Shown here: piece after piece, positions 45,645 through 56,764 of the stretch | Layout of the letters: each line of letters begins with the position of its first letter | Numbering within the stretch: position 1 is the stretch's first letter | NCBI GenBank assembly: GCA_963803805.1 | Contig: CAWDOD010000002.1 | Span: 1,312,001 to 1,376,000 of the forward strand | Source: an uncultured cyanobacterium | GTDB lineage: Bacteria; Cyanobacteriota; Cyanobacteriia; Cyanobacteriales; CAWCAG01 | Reading direction: 5' to 3' | Length of the DNA stretch: 64,000 nt | The notes under the pieces: model-generated | The model's database searches: none | What the model was told of the DNA's origin: nothing | The model's input: only the letters and a program-made list of their open reading frames with translations | Made by a program: the position numbers and the translations under genes

Positions 45645-47174
45645 TTATTGCTTTTCTGGGTATTCTACTATATATAAATAATAGTTTTCGTTGTAAATTA
45701 GACTATTAGTAAAAGCGGTTAGAGGTTGGAGGGAAAGGTTATTAGTTACTGACTCCTCTAGGGGGTAGTTTAAAATTAAGAGTATGTCTGTTTGTTTCTC
45801 CGTAAGCAACCTATCTACTTGATTTAAAACTGTGGCTAAATCAACTTCTTGCCTTTGGCTATTAAATAAAACAAAGCTACCCATTTCTTGGCTTTCAGGA
45901 TAGTATATTTTCCTCTGTAAGTAACCAGCTAGAGGAGACATGGCAAAGTCTTGGCTGCCAACTATAAACATCTCAGCTAAGTTTTCTTTTTGGATGAAGT
46001 TGGCAGTTTCTCTACTCGCAGAATAGGGAACAAATAAGTCACGGCTGTAGGCGACTAATCCAGCAATTAACTGGGAGAATAGTATTGTTATTAGTAAGTA
46101 CTTTTTATATTTTTTGGTGAATTTAACCAAAGAAGGAAAAAATATTTTTGGTATAAGGGAGTTAGAAGCGGGATAATAACTAGCTAGCCACAAAGCAGCA
46201 ATGAAGATGATGTATAAATGTCCATAGTGCCGAGGTGAACCTAAAAATTTTACGTAGGTGAAGAAGATAATTTCTGCTGTAGCTATTAAGTAAAATAAAG
46301 CAACAACTGGCTTATTGATTAAACTAATAAAAATAAAGGTAGCTATAAAAATGGAAATAAGAGCGAATAAAGATAAGGAATAAAACTGGGAGTCTCCGGG
46401 AACTAAAATGAGAATATAACTACTCCATAATCGACTTATTGATGCAGCTAGATGGTGTAAGTTAAACTGAAAATTTAATTGCATTCCTCCCTGCAAATTA
46501 CTATCTGTAGGAGGAAGAAGTTGTAAGAAAGAAACTATAACTCCCGTGAGAAATATTCCTAAGCTAGTTAGTTTATTAATAGTGGTGGCGCGGGTATAAT
46601 AAGAAATTTTTCTTTGCCATAAATATTCTGCTATTAAACTTACTCCTAACGCTATGGCAATGAAGAGACAATAGGCATTACAGTTAGCCATTAATAGGAG
46701 CAAAAAAGCTAAGGGCAAGTAACTTTTAGTTCTGGTTTGATAAACTGTACAAAAAGCAAAAATACACAATATTCCTATGGCATAATTGCGATTAATAACT
46801 AAATATTCATAAAGGGGAAAGTAACCTAGGGTAAATAAAAACTTTTGTCGAGGAGTGAAAGGAGAAAACTTGAGGAAAAGAGTGATGGCAGCAGTTGCTA
46901 AAAGCAAATGAAAAAGCTGCATGATTAAAGGATTATAGGTGACTTGCTTTAAGATGAATAAGCAAAAATACCATAAGCCAGGATGTCCTTCATATCTAAT
47001 GTTTTGGAACATTTCTACTAAAGAGTTACTATCTCTAGCTACTAACCAAGCATTAAGTTCATCACGCCACATAGAATGTCGTATAATGCCGATTAAACCT
47101 AAACAAATGTAGGTAGGAATTAAGAGCAAAGGAAGAGATTTAGGTGAGAAATTCAACGTTTTACTTATATTCAT
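45645..47174 (-). CDS. Multi-pass membrane protein, possibly GT-C glycosyltransferase-like
   Basis: HSMWRDELNAW, YEGHPGLWY, EY.VINRNY and many TM helices. Confidence 0.65.
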   Translation of the reverse strand: MNISKTLNFSPKSLPLLLIPTYICLGLIGIIRHSMWRDELNAWLVARDSNSLVEMFQNIRYEGHPGLWYFCLFILKQVTYNPLIMQLFHLLLATAAITLFLKFSPFTPRQKFLFTLGYFPLYEYLVINRNYAIGILCIFAFCTVYQTRTKSYLPLAFLLLLMANCNAYCLFIAIALGVSLIAEYLWQRKISYYTRATTINKLTSLGIFLTGVIVSFLQLLPPTDSNLQGGMQLNFQFNLHHLAASISRLWSSYILILVPGDSQFYSLSLFALISIFIATFIFISLINKPVVALFYLIATAEIIFFTYVKFLGSPRHYGHLYIIFIAALWLASYYPASNSLIPKIFFPSLVKFTKKYKKYLLITILFSQLIAGLVAYSRDLFVPYSASRETANFIQKENLAEMFIVGSQDFAMSPLAGYLQRKIYYPESQEMGSFVLFNSQRQEVDLATVLNQVDRLLTEKQTDILLILNYPLEESVTNNLSLQPLTAFTNSLIYNENYYLYIVEYPEKQ

Positions 47175-47361
47175 AGATTAATTGCTAGTTGCTAGTTGTT
47201 AGTTGTTAGTTGCTAATTGTTGTTGATAGAAAATAGTATTATTACTCTACCTCCCAATCTCCCCATCTCTCTGCCTCCCTACTGTTATTTTCTCCGGAAT
47301 GGTAAAATTGTTTGTGGCAAGATGGGAAATAGAGACAGAAGAAAACTCTGATGCCCTTGCT

Positions 47362-48446
47362 ATGAAACTTAACCTTCGCTTCCCGTCGCCTCAGCAAGTT
47401 AGTGTTGAATTTGAACAAGAAACCGAAGCCCTTGAATTTGCTTTACCTTGGGAATTGCTGCGAGATCCTGAAGGTACTTATCTTTGTCATGAAAATCCCC
47501 GCATTTCTATTCGTCGCCGCTTTGCCAAGACAGGGGGAGGGCGCAAACCCTTTAAGGTTAAGGCGAAGGAGAAACTGCGCTTACTTTATATTATCAGTCG
47601 CCCCAAAGATGCGGGTTTTATTGACCCCAGGGGAGAATCTCAAGGGGGTTTTTGAGGCGATCGCACAAGAAGCCGGAATAGTAGAAGTGGAGTTTCTGCG
47701 CCCTCCTACCCTTAGCCAATTAGTTGAACGCCTAGAAAATCGACACTTACCAGCAATTGATCTGATTCATTTTGATGGGCATGGGGTTTTTGAGGCTGAT
47801 GGTGCTTTTGCTGCTAAGAGTAATCATCCCGATGCAGCTACGAAAAAAGCCGGGGGAGAGATGGGTTATCTCGTCTTTGAAAAGTCCTCTGGGGAAAAGG
47901 ATTTAGTCAGTGCCGAAAAGTTGGGAGATATGCTGCATCGCCAGAAAATTAGCGCCATCATTCTCTCCGCTTGCCAGTCTGCACAAATGGGCGAGGAACC
48001 CATGGGAAGTGTGGCAGCAAGGTTAACCCCACACAGGCATTCCTACGGTGTTAGCTATGACTCATTCGGTTTTGGTGAGAACGGCAAGGCAGCTTTTTCA
48101 GGAGTTTTACCGCCATTTAATGCGGGGAGAAGGCATCGGGGAAGCATTGGATAATGCCCGTCGCAACTTGTATATGAATCAGGATCGGGGGGAAAGGCAA
48201 CGGGACAAGGAAAGAATCACCTTGCAAGTGCAGGATTGGTTTTTGCCAGCCCTTTATCAGTCAGGTAATGATACACCTTTGTTGCAAGCAAAGGAAGTTG
48301 TGGAGGAGGAAGAAAAAACTATTCCCCATAATTTGCCGGAGGTGCAAGAAGCGGGATTTTGGGGCAGGAGTAAGGAACTGTGGGAGATTGAAACCGCCTT
48401 TGTGCGGGGAACAAGGCGCATTACTATTAATGGTTTTGGGGGATAG
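47362..48446 (+). pseudogene. CHAT-domain / P-loop NTPase gene, frameshifted and truncated
   Basis: LPWELL, IHFDGHG, LSACQSA, QDWFLPALYQ and FWGRSKEL...GFGG* spread over successive frames; frameshifts near 47645 and 48028; TAG within Walker A. Confidence 0.85.
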
Positions 48447-48770
48447 GGAAAAATAAAACAGGACATTCAAGAGCATATTGAATGGCTAGAAAAACGACTC
48501 GAACAAATTAAACAACAACAAAAGCTTATTGAAGAAAAGTCAGAGTTGACAGAAAAAGTTGAACAACTCAAAGCTGTACCTGGAATTGGAGAGGTTACTG
48601 CGACTACTAAGGGTGGCTTCGTTACCTGAGTTAGGTCAACTCAGGAAAACAAATCTCTTGTTTAGTTGGGCTTGCTCCCCTCAATCGTGATAGCGGCCAG
48701 TTTCGTGGTAAACGAATGATTGTCGGAGGTAGGGCTGCGGTTCATTGTGCTTTATACATGGCAACTAAAG
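48447..48770 (+). mobile_element. IS110-family transposase internal remnant
   Basis: GKIKQDIQEHIEWL...KAVPGIGEVTA..LPELGQL..LVGLAPLNRDSGQFRGKRMIVGGRAAV..ALYMA with frameshifts. Confidence 0.85.
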
Positions 48771-49150
48771 TTAGTTTCTGGGTACTTACTTATTTCCCAT
48801 TGCTGACAAGTTAAACTAAAATGCAATCTGTCAAGTTCTATTTAACAAATATTTTTGAAGCTCTCAATCAATTGCTGTTATTGACATTGAGGCTTTTGCT
48901 TCCTTGTCCAAGTTTTGTGAAAAAGCTTTTTGTCTTTGTTTGATTATTTTGTGATCGCGTCACTATAAAAATGCGATCGCAAAAGATAATGGTGGGCAAA
49001 CATCATAAGGCAATTTTGACGAACGACCTAATTATAATTTAGCCAGCACTACTGCTCGATGCCCAGTTATTCGTATTTAATTTTTAATTATTGCAAATAA
49101 GAAAACCTAGCTATATAGCCAGGTTTAGAAGTAACGAGTAAAACTTGGTG

Positions 49151-50002
49151 TTAGGACAAAGAGTTAACTAAATTCTTGTAGCTAGGGCCATCTAAACCAA
49201 CACCTTGATAAGCTGCCCCTGAAGGGATCATTTGCTCCAGTCTTGTTACCCGTTCCCCTGTATGGGGGTGAGTGCTTAAAAATTCTGGGGGAGAACCACC
49301 GCTTTTTTGTTGTAGTTTTTTCATAAAAGTTACAGCGCCAATGGGTGCATAACCTGTTTGTATTAAACTATCTAAACCTAACTCATCGGCTTCTAATTCA
49401 TCGGAGCGACTATTAGGCAAACTTAAAGCAAGCTGTACCCCAATTTGAACAGCTTGGGAACGGTCTAGTCCCGCCGCAGAAAGGATGCCTTGTTGAATAG
49501 CTGACTCTTTCATCTGATTAACTGCATGACGAGCAGTCACATGGGCAATTTCGTGGGCCATAACACTGGCTAACTCTGCTTCATTGTCCGCAGCATTAAT
49601 TAAGCCTGTGTGTATATAACAAAATCCACCCATGGTCGCAAAGGCATTAATACTTTTATCTTGAACTACCTGGAAAGTATAAGGGATATCAGGACGAGTG
49701 CTATTTGCTGCTAAATTTTGACCAATTTCATTAATATAGCTAGTTAACTGCTGGTTGCGAGAAATAGGGACTTGGCGACTAATTTGCTGGTTAATCCGCT
49801 TGCCTAAGTCAACTTCTTGGTTATCTGATATATTTGAGAGCTGAATAATTTGAATGCCCCGCAGGAGTAGCTCCAACCAAGAAGCCGAATAACCGGGTTT
49901 TGGGGTTGCTACAGAAAAACTGAATGCGGCAATTACGGCAACAAGCCCATATAACCAACGGCGACGAGAACGCCAAAAAGGAGAGAAAATTTGCTCTAAC
50001 AT
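49151..50002 (-). CDS. M48 family metalloprotease
   Basis: INAFATMGG, ELASVMAHEIAHV, ELEADELG, EFLSTHP. Confidence 0.92.
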   Translation of the reverse strand: MLEQIFSPFWRSRRRWLYGLVAVIAAFSFSVATPKPGYSASWLELLLRGIQIIQLSNISDNQEVDLGKRINQQISRQVPISRNQQLTSYINEIGQNLAANSTRPDIPYTFQVVQDKSINAFATMGGFCYIHTGLINAADNEAELASVMAHEIAHVTARHAVNQMKESAIQQGILSAAGLDRSQAVQIGVQLALSLPNSRSDELEADELGLDSLIQTGYAPIGAVTFMKKLQQKSGGSPPEFLSTHPHTGERVTRLEQMIPSGAAYQGVGLDGPSYKNLVNSLS

Positions 50003-50217
50003 TGCTGAATTGAAGTGAGTGAGGAATAAGACAGGAAATAGCCCTAGAGCTACTTGACGAGATGGCAAAGCTAAAAGTTGCTTAGAAGTTTCAGCTTTAA
50101 ATACAAAAAATAACTTAAAACTTACTGAAGGGGGAATTACTGAATTTAAGTATATCTATTTTTTCTTATCTAGGGCTATGCTCTAAATAATTCCTGGAGC
50201 AATCAAATAAAACAGAA

Positions 50218-50260
50218 CATTGATTAATGATCAACGATCAATGATCATTGATCATTGACC
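50218..50260. repeat. STRR heptamer repeats (TGATCAA/TGATCAT)
   Basis: About 6 imperfect 7-mers upstream of the DUF4330 gene. Confidence 0.75.
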
Positions 50261-50279
50261 ACTGCGTTATTGGCAAGCT

Positions 50280-50813
50280 ATGAAGATTCTAGATTCTCAA
50301 GGCCGTCTGTTTGGCAAAATCAGCGTTATAGATTTAGGAGCTGCTTTAGTTATTCTTTTAGTTATTATTGGTATATTTTTCTTTCCAGGAACTTCAGGTT
50401 CGGTGGCACAAGTTACTAAAACTCAGCCAGTAGAAGTTGATGTTATTGTAAGAGGACTAAGTGTTGCTAAACCTGAAGACCTCATCCAGCAATTTAGTGA
50501 AGAGAAAACAACCAAACTGGTTATTCGCAACCAACCCTACGATGACCCTGTTGAGATTAAATCGGTTGAAGAACTAGATAGGTTAGTTATTGTGCCTCAA
50601 CCAGATGGTTCTGTGAAAGCACTACCTGATCCTCGTCAACAAGAAGATGCTCTTAATGTTGATTTATTGATGACCTTGGGCGGCAAAGCACAAATTACTA
50701 AAACAGGAGTAGTCTTAGGTCCAAACAAAATTAAAATTGGCACACCTGTAGAACTAGAAGGTAAGAATTATAACTTTAACGCTAGTGTTATTGATGTGAG
50801 GGTAGAAGAATAA
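50280..50813 (+). CDS. DUF4330 domain protein
   Basis: MKILDSQGRLFGKISVIDLGA N-terminus, IKIGTPVELEG..Y. Confidence 0.85.
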   Translation: MKILDSQGRLFGKISVIDLGAALVILLVIIGIFFFPGTSGSVAQVTKTQPVEVDVIVRGLSVAKPEDLIQQFSEEKTTKLVIRNQPYDDPVEIKSVEELDRLVIVPQPDGSVKALPDPRQQEDALNVDLLMTLGGKAQITKTGVVLGPNKIKIGTPVELEGKNYNFNASVIDVRVEE

Positions 50814-51164
50814 AACAATCGACTTCGTAAATCACAATTTTGTTGAGTAGACAAAACAACACTTCTGTTGCTTTGTCTAAACTAAGGGGCATTTTTTAAG
50901 AATTTGTAGGTTTATTCAGTTTCCTAGTACGGCAAGTCCGTACTTTTTTTGTTGGTATAAAAAAGCTTTCTAGATACTGGTGATAACTAGAATAAATGCC
51001 CTAGTCACTTTTCTCTGACAAAAGTTTATTTATTCTCACTCTAATTTAATTGTCATAGCTATTAACCCTTGTCTGGGAAATAAAAGCGACAAATAAATTA
51101 AGAGACATTTGTTAATGTAGTGAGGGGTCTAACCCCTCTTTAAGCAAAATCTTTTTGCTTTTCT

Positions 51165-51806
51165 TTGGTCAAACGACCAATTAAAGCTGAATTAACTAGA
51201 GGGGAAAATTATCCGGTGTATAACCAATCTACTTTACAACATCGAAGCTCTGGGGAGGTTTTGAGTGACCAGAACATGAGTACTAATTTATCCTTCTTAC
51301 AACTAAGGAAAAAGAACCAGAAAGTATTTAATCAAAATGCTTTTAATAAGGGTGCGAATCTGGCCATGATTAAAACCAAAGAAATTAAGCTTGATCTTAG
51401 GAAACTCAAATGTTTTGAAATTGTAGACAATCAGTTTGCCCATTTAGGTCTAACTTGTGACAATGCGATCGCGATTCAAGCCTCCAACCCAGCTTTTCCG
51501 CCTCGTCAAGGGCAAATTTCCTTAATTAAACAAATCATTAGCCGTCCCCTAGAGTTGAAATTTGAGCAACCCATTAGCTTCTTTAACTGTCATGTAACTA
51601 GCTCTCGCAAAGCAGTCCTTTCTGCCTACGACAACCAGGGAGTATTAATCTCACGCTCAGAAATTCCCCAATCTAATTTAGCTGGTTCTAGTTCCCAAAT
51701 TGCGGCTAATGCCCCTCTAGAAGTGAAAGCTAGCAATATTTCTCGAATTGCCATTGATGCTTTTGACGGTCAATTAACGATCACAGACTTAAGTTTTGCT
51801 TTCTAA
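51165..51806 (+). CDS. Hypothetical protein (start probably downstream of 51165)
   Basis: NAIAIQASNPAFPP...VTSS...AYD..NLAGS...DGQLTITDL, a beta-rich pattern. Confidence 0.65.
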   Translation: MVKRPIKAELTRGENYPVYNQSTLQHRSSGEVLSDQNMSTNLSFLQLRKKNQKVFNQNAFNKGANLAMIKTKEIKLDLRKLKCFEIVDNQFAHLGLTCDNAIAIQASNPAFPPRQGQISLIKQIISRPLELKFEQPISFFNCHVTSSRKAVLSAYDNQGVLISRSEIPQSNLAGSSSQIAANAPLEVKASNISRIAIDAFDGQLTITDLSFAF

Positions 51807-51900
51807 AGTGCGAAAATTGTTTTATATTTTCAACAGACAGGAACTGCGTAATTCTCAATTGAATTATCATTAACTACCGCAATTACTTCAGGAAACCTTC

Positions 51901-52701
51901 GTGACACAGCAGTCGTTCTGGTGGAAGCAACTCAATAAATTCGTCGTTCATAATTCCATTCCCAAATTGCAGCAAGGTCAACCCCCCAAAAGAGAAGAAC
52001 AAATCTTATCATCATTTTTTCTCAATCAGTTTCAGGGAGGAAGGGGCTGGTTATTATTTTTGTTGGCTATCGTAGCGATGCTGTTCTGGAATTGGAAACT
52101 GCTCCTAGCTACTGGTACTGGGGTAGGAGTAATGCTAGGTATTTATCTGTTCCAAGGGCAAAACTGGCACATCTATTGGTTAAAATTGACGCAGTTTTTG
52201 AGTGGTACTAATCGCTCCTTTACCCTAGCTGTTACTAGCGGGGGGATGGCAGCATTATGCACCTACATGGCTGCTTCTATTTGGGTTGATTCCCCAAACC
52301 ACTGGCTAGCCACAGGAGTTATTATTCAAGGTTTGGGTATCCTTCTCACTCTTGTACTTTTAGTTTGGCAAATTCTCACTCGTTACCAGGACACTGAAGA
52401 AAGTCGCTACGACAGAATCTTAAATAATTTGACTCAGCCTGATTCTCTCCAGCGCTTAATTGCTGTACGCAAACTAGCTCGTTTAGTAAAAAATCCTCGG
52501 TTTCATCAAGTTTATGGGCCTCAAGTTGCCGAATATTTCCGCTTTATGCTGGCCAAAGAAAGCGAGGAAGTAATTCGTGAAGCTATTCTAGACAGTTTAC
52601 AAATTTGGGACAATAAACAAGTATTAGAAAAAGGCCGCCAACCGTTACAAATGCCAATCAAGCTTAAACGTACTTCGGCAAGGGTAAACAGGCGAATCTA
52701 G
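51901..52701 (+). CDS. Membrane protein with C-terminal HEAT/armadillo-like helix
   Basis: LFWNWKLLLAT, YMAASIW, LQRLIAVRKL, EEVIREAILD. Confidence 0.7.
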   Translation: MTQQSFWWKQLNKFVVHNSIPKLQQGQPPKREEQILSSFFLNQFQGGRGWLLFLLAIVAMLFWNWKLLLATGTGVGVMLGIYLFQGQNWHIYWLKLTQFLSGTNRSFTLAVTSGGMAALCTYMAASIWVDSPNHWLATGVIIQGLGILLTLVLLVWQILTRYQDTEESRYDRILNNLTQPDSLQRLIAVRKLARLVKNPRFHQVYGPQVAEYFRFMLAKESEEVIREAILDSLQIWDNKQVLEKGRQPLQMPIKLKRTSARVNRRI

Positions 52702-52852
52702 ACTAAGAGAACTCCAACAAATAAAATATCCTCACCAAGTATAAGATTTTAGCAATTAGCGACTAGCGACTAGCCATTAGCTTATCGCTTTTGGATAAGT
52801 CTTTTCTTGGCTCTCTCTAAGTATCAATGAACGGCAAACTGAAAATACTTAG

Positions 52853-54262
52853 TCACCTCACCCCATCATTAGAAGGATTAGGCCAAGGAATACTCCCTTG
52901 CTCTGCTAGTAAGTTAGAAACTGCTGCTGCACCGTAAAGATTGAGATGACTAGGATCGGCGAAATAACCATTTTGATTAAGCCAAATTGTACCCAGATTG
53001 ATGAAAGTAAAACCTAGTTGATTAGATTGTTGTTGCATCACCTGGACAAACTGCTGTTGGGCATTTTGTCTGGTGGCATCGAGATAGGTTTGGGTCAAAG
53101 GTAAATTAACAAAAACTAAAGGTATTCCTTGTTGTCTAGTATAAGCAGCTAAGCGATTGAGGGCTTCTACTTGCTGCCCGCCAAGGCTAAAGTTCTGGTA
53201 ATCCCCATCATAAAGACCTGCAACCCTAGGGTATTGTTGAAAATATGTATTAGGGTCGAAGCGGGAGGATATAGGTAAAAAGCCGTTTGGATCGATAGCA
53301 TTAATATCTATAGCTGCAAAAGCAGCTTTAGTGTGCCAAGGTAAAAGTTGGGCAAAATTAATTTGATGTAACCAACGGAGAAATTTTGGTTGTGAAGATA
53401 CATCATCAAATTCCTTACAAACATTTCCTTTACTCGTTGGTCTACCAGGCAATCGAGGAGGGTTCCCAGCGAGGACATTGCGATATCCGGCTGAAGTGAT
53501 AATGCCATTATAAGTCCGGTCTACTCTACCATCATTGAAAGCCCGTACTCCATCAGCCCAAATAATTAGTCGGGGCTTTTGGTCAGCAGCAAGGATATTT
53601 TCGATGATTATGTCTACAACTTGTGCTGTTGCGCCATTGACCCCTAAATTAAAGACCCGCAGTTTTCCTTGACCATTCCTAGTTAAAGCGGCTTCAAGTT
53701 GTCTAGGGTTGACTCCTTGTACCGCACGGGAACTACCCACAACTAAAACATCTGGTGTTCCCATAGCCGCGACATAGGAAAGGTAAAGCAAAAGTTGCCT
53801 ATCGAGAAACTGAGTATTAAAGCTAGCAAAAGGTATTTGAGTAGGAGCTGCTAAAGCTCTTTGTTGAGCGACTTCAAGATTTTTTTGATATTCAAGAATC
53901 TTTTTTTGAGCAAAAGTTTTTTCTGGACTCGAAGTCGGGATTGTTTGCATCCCTTCAATGGCTTGTATCCAGTTCAACGCCACTGTATTCCAATCTTGGG
54001 CTGATTGAGCTGACTGAGCCAAGGTAGCCGCCCTGAAAGCAGTTTCAAGAGCTTGGTTAAAGGAGTTACCTGGAACACAATTAGTTGCAGCCTTAGCTTG
54101 GCTAGAACGAGTAAAAAATTCTGAAGAGGTAATTTGAATTGGCGAACAGCCTGCTGTTGCGCTCAAAAGTATCAACAGTATTAGTTTGGATATCACTCTA
54201 GCTTTAGAAAGGGGACTATTGAGCTTAAATTCGCTTTGAGAAAAAGGCCAGAATCGAGGCAT
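52853..54262 (-). CDS. DUF1574 / SGNH-hydrolase-like protein
   Basis: VVGSSRA, FNLGVNGAT, FVNLPL, FADPSHLN..GA. Confidence 0.75.
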   Translation of the reverse strand: MPRFWPFSQSEFKLNSPLSKARVISKLILLILLSATAGCSPIQITSSEFFTRSSQAKAATNCVPGNSFNQALETAFRAATLAQSAQSAQDWNTVALNWIQAIEGMQTIPTSSPEKTFAQKKILEYQKNLEVAQQRALAAPTQIPFASFNTQFLDRQLLLYLSYVAAMGTPDVLVVGSSRAVQGVNPRQLEAALTRNGQGKLRVFNLGVNGATAQVVDIIIENILAADQKPRLIIWADGVRAFNDGRVDRTYNGIITSAGYRNVLAGNPPRLPGRPTSKGNVCKEFDDVSSQPKFLRWLHQINFAQLLPWHTKAAFAAIDINAIDPNGFLPISSRFDPNTYFQQYPRVAGLYDGDYQNFSLGGQQVEALNRLAAYTRQQGIPLVFVNLPLTQTYLDATRQNAQQQFVQVMQQQSNQLGFTFINLGTIWLNQNGYFADPSHLNLYGAAAVSNLLAEQGSIPWPNPSNDGVR

Positions 54263-55050
54263 AAAAATTGATTCACGGTTAGGACAAGGTTATGGCTCTC
54301 TGGTCAACCTTCAGGCTTGAGTGTATAAACTTTAAGTTTACAGTAGCCTGATGGGAACGACTTTTAACCTTAAAACCAATTTAAACCAGAAAATTGCCTT
54401 TTTCTTAACTTAGAGCCTTCCTTTTTCTAGAGAGTTTGTTAACTTAGTATCCAGTCCTTCTTTTGAAAGCAGAACATATGTATTGGTCAAAAGCTTGTTT
54501 ACATCTGATTTGGCAATCAAAAGGGGATCATCAGGGAAAAAGTTGTAATTTTTTGCGCATTATGCTGTCATTTTTGAATTTATTCATTAAAATGGCTGAG
54601 GATCTTTGAGTTAATTCTCAGAGATAATCAATTCAAAGGTTACAAATCTTTGGTGATATTAGTCCTTAACCTAAAGAACTAATGCTAACTCTATCTATTA
54701 CTCAACTTAGTTGGAGTTAGAGCGTGAATAGCTAAATAGTTAATCTTCATTCCTGAATGAAAATTAATTTTGGTGCTAATAAAAAGTTGAGAAACTAAAC
54801 ACAAATTTTGTAAGAAAGGCTACAATCGGAAAAGTCTTCTTTAGAACTTTTTGGAAGACTAACATTCGGTAGGATAAAGCATTTCTACCTAAAGTTAAGT
54901 CTTGAGGAAAACCTTCCTAATCACTCTTATATACCCCGCGGTTAGAGGACATTTTGAAGGACTACTCAACTCGGCATAACAACTGACCAATTTTGAGTTA
55001 GCAAAAACTAATCTTCTGGTCTTGAACTGAAGGAGCAAGAGGAAAAAGGC

Positions 55051-56187
55051 ATGACGCAGGCCAGCGAAGTACTCGCAACTATCACCCAGCCTCATAGTGA
55101 GTTGGAACTATTAATCGACGAAGATGTAAACTCAAACCCTCCAGGTCGAGATGACCTGAATGGAGCATCTGGAGAGGGAAGCAACGGCAAAGTAGCCAAG
55201 CTAACCACCCCTCGCCGTCGTGAACAAACAAAAAAGAAACCATTCACCGAAGATTCTATCCGTATCTATCTCCAAGAAATAGGTCGTATTAGACTACTAC
55301 GAGCAGATGAAGAAATCGAACTCGCTAGAAAAATCGCCGATTTACTAGAGTTAGAAAGGATCAGAGAACAGCTTATTGATCAATTAGAGCGCGAACCTAA
55401 TGATCGCGAATGGGCAGAAGAAGTCAATATGGAATTGCCCAAATTCCGTCGCCGCCTCTTCCTAGGTCGGCGTGCCAAAGATAAAATGGTTCAGTCTAAT
55501 CTGCGCCTAGTGGTATCTATTGCTAAAAAATACATGAATCGTGGTCTATCTTTCCAAGACTTGATTCAGGAAGGATCTTTGGGCTTAATTCGGGCAGCAG
55601 AAAAGTTTGATCATGAAAAAGGTTATAAGTTTTCAACTTATGCAACTTGGTGGATTAGACAGGCAATAACTAGGGCGATCGCTGATCAATCTCGTACTAT
55701 TCGTCTACCAGTTCACCTTTATGAAACTATTTCTCGCATTAAGAAGACTACTAAGATTCTTTCCCAGGAAATGGGCCGTAAGCCTACTGAAGAAGAAATC
55801 GCAACTCGCATGGAAATGACCATCGAAAAGTTGCGATTTATTGCTAAGTCTGCTCAGTTACCTATCTCTTTGGAAACCCCTATTGGCAAAGAAGAAGATT
55901 CCCGTTTAGGGGACTTCATTGAAGCCGATGGGGAAACTCCAGAAGATCAAGTTTCTAAGAATTTACTACGGGAAGATTTAGAAAACGTTCTCGACACCCT
56001 TAGCCCTCGTGAACGCGATGTCTTGCGGTTACGTTATGGCTTAGATGATGGCAGAATGAAAACATTAGAAGAAATTGGTCAAATCTTTAATGTTACCCGT
56101 GAACGCATTCGCCAAATTGAAGCGAAAGCTTTACGGAAGTTGCGCCATCCTAACCGTAATAGCATTCTCAAAGAGTATATCCGGTAA
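55051..56187 (+). CDS. sigA: Group 1 RNA polymerase sigma factor
   Basis: [75 protein letters not shown]. Confidence 0.97.
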   Translation: MTQASEVLATITQPHSELELLIDEDVNSNPPGRDDLNGASGEGSNGKVAKLTTPRRREQTKKKPFTEDSIRIYLQEIGRIRLLRADEEIELARKIADLLELERIREQLIDQLEREPNDREWAEEVNMELPKFRRRLFLGRRAKDKMVQSNLRLVVSIAKKYMNRGLSFQDLIQEGSLGLIRAAEKFDHEKGYKFSTYATWWIRQAITRAIADQSRTIRLPVHLYETISRIKKTTKILSQEMGRKPTEEEIATRMEMTIEKLRFIAKSAQLPISLETPIGKEEDSRLGDFIEADGETPEDQVSKNLLREDLENVLDTLSPRERDVLRLRYGLDDGRMKTLEEIGQIFNVTRERIRQIEAKALRKLRHPNRNSILKEYIR

Positions 56188-56193
56188 CGAATA

Positions 56194-56262
56194 GTAGACA
56201 GTAGGTAATTGAGAAGAAGCTATCTCACTATTTGGGGGGCAATTGCCTACTACTACATTTTT
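56194..56262 (+). terminator. Long hairpin downstream of sigA
   Basis: GTAGACAGTAGGTAATTG ... CAATTGCCTACTACTAC followed by a T-run. Confidence 0.5.
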
Positions 56263-56433
56263 TAAAAAAAAATTGATGAAGATGAATAACCTAATTAGGA
56301 AAAGGGAAATAGAGTATTTTCCTTTTCCATTTACATTTATAGAGCAATAGTTTTAAAGCAAAAAAAGCTGAGCTTATATAGAAAAACTCAGCCTCTAAAA
56401 TCAAAAGTCACACAGAAAACTGCAAGACTAATT

Positions 56434-56583
56434 TTACAGTAGTCCTAAAAAATGAAGTACTCCCTGACCGGAGAGTAACTCAACAGCTAAAGCTGCTACA
56501 AAACCAATCATTGCTAAACGGCCATTCCAGTTTTCTGCTCCGGGTGTAAAACCAAATTCAAATTCGTTGCGCTTCTCTTCCAT
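56434..56583 (-). CDS. hli: High-light-inducible protein (CAB/ELIP/HLIP)
   Basis: Manual translation [56 protein letters not shown]. Confidence 0.95.
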   Translation of the reverse strand: MEEKRNEFEFGFTPGAENWNGRLAMIGFVAALAVELLSGQGVLHFLGLL

Positions 56584-56619
56584 GATCTTTTCTCCTTACA
56601 GTTGCTGATAGCAAAGTCC

Positions 56620-56637
56620 TATGTAAATAAATGTAAC
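56620..56637 (-). promoter_or_regulatory. HLR1 (RpaB-binding) element upstream of hli
   Basis: GTTACATT-TA-TTTACATA matches (G/T)TTACA(T/A)(T/A)-N2-(G/T)TTACA(T/A)(T/A) exactly. Confidence 0.85.
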
Positions 56638-56764
56638 GAAGTTTTTGAGGAGTTGCAACAATTCTCAGCATTTAAAAAATAAACTCTGTCTTGAGGCTAA
56701 GAATCATTTATCATTTGTCATTAAACATTTATCATTAGTAATACTATTTCTTTGAGGGATTATT

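Noticed and set aside
51180-51280. Possible c-di-AMP (ydaO) riboswitch from GCTGAA...GGGGAA
   Set aside because: Remaining conserved elements and pairings are absent.
54263-55050. 790-bp gap upstream of sigA as a hidden gene or ncRNA
   Set aside because: No convincing ORF or known RNA motif; a long multi-promoter leader is ordinary for sigA.
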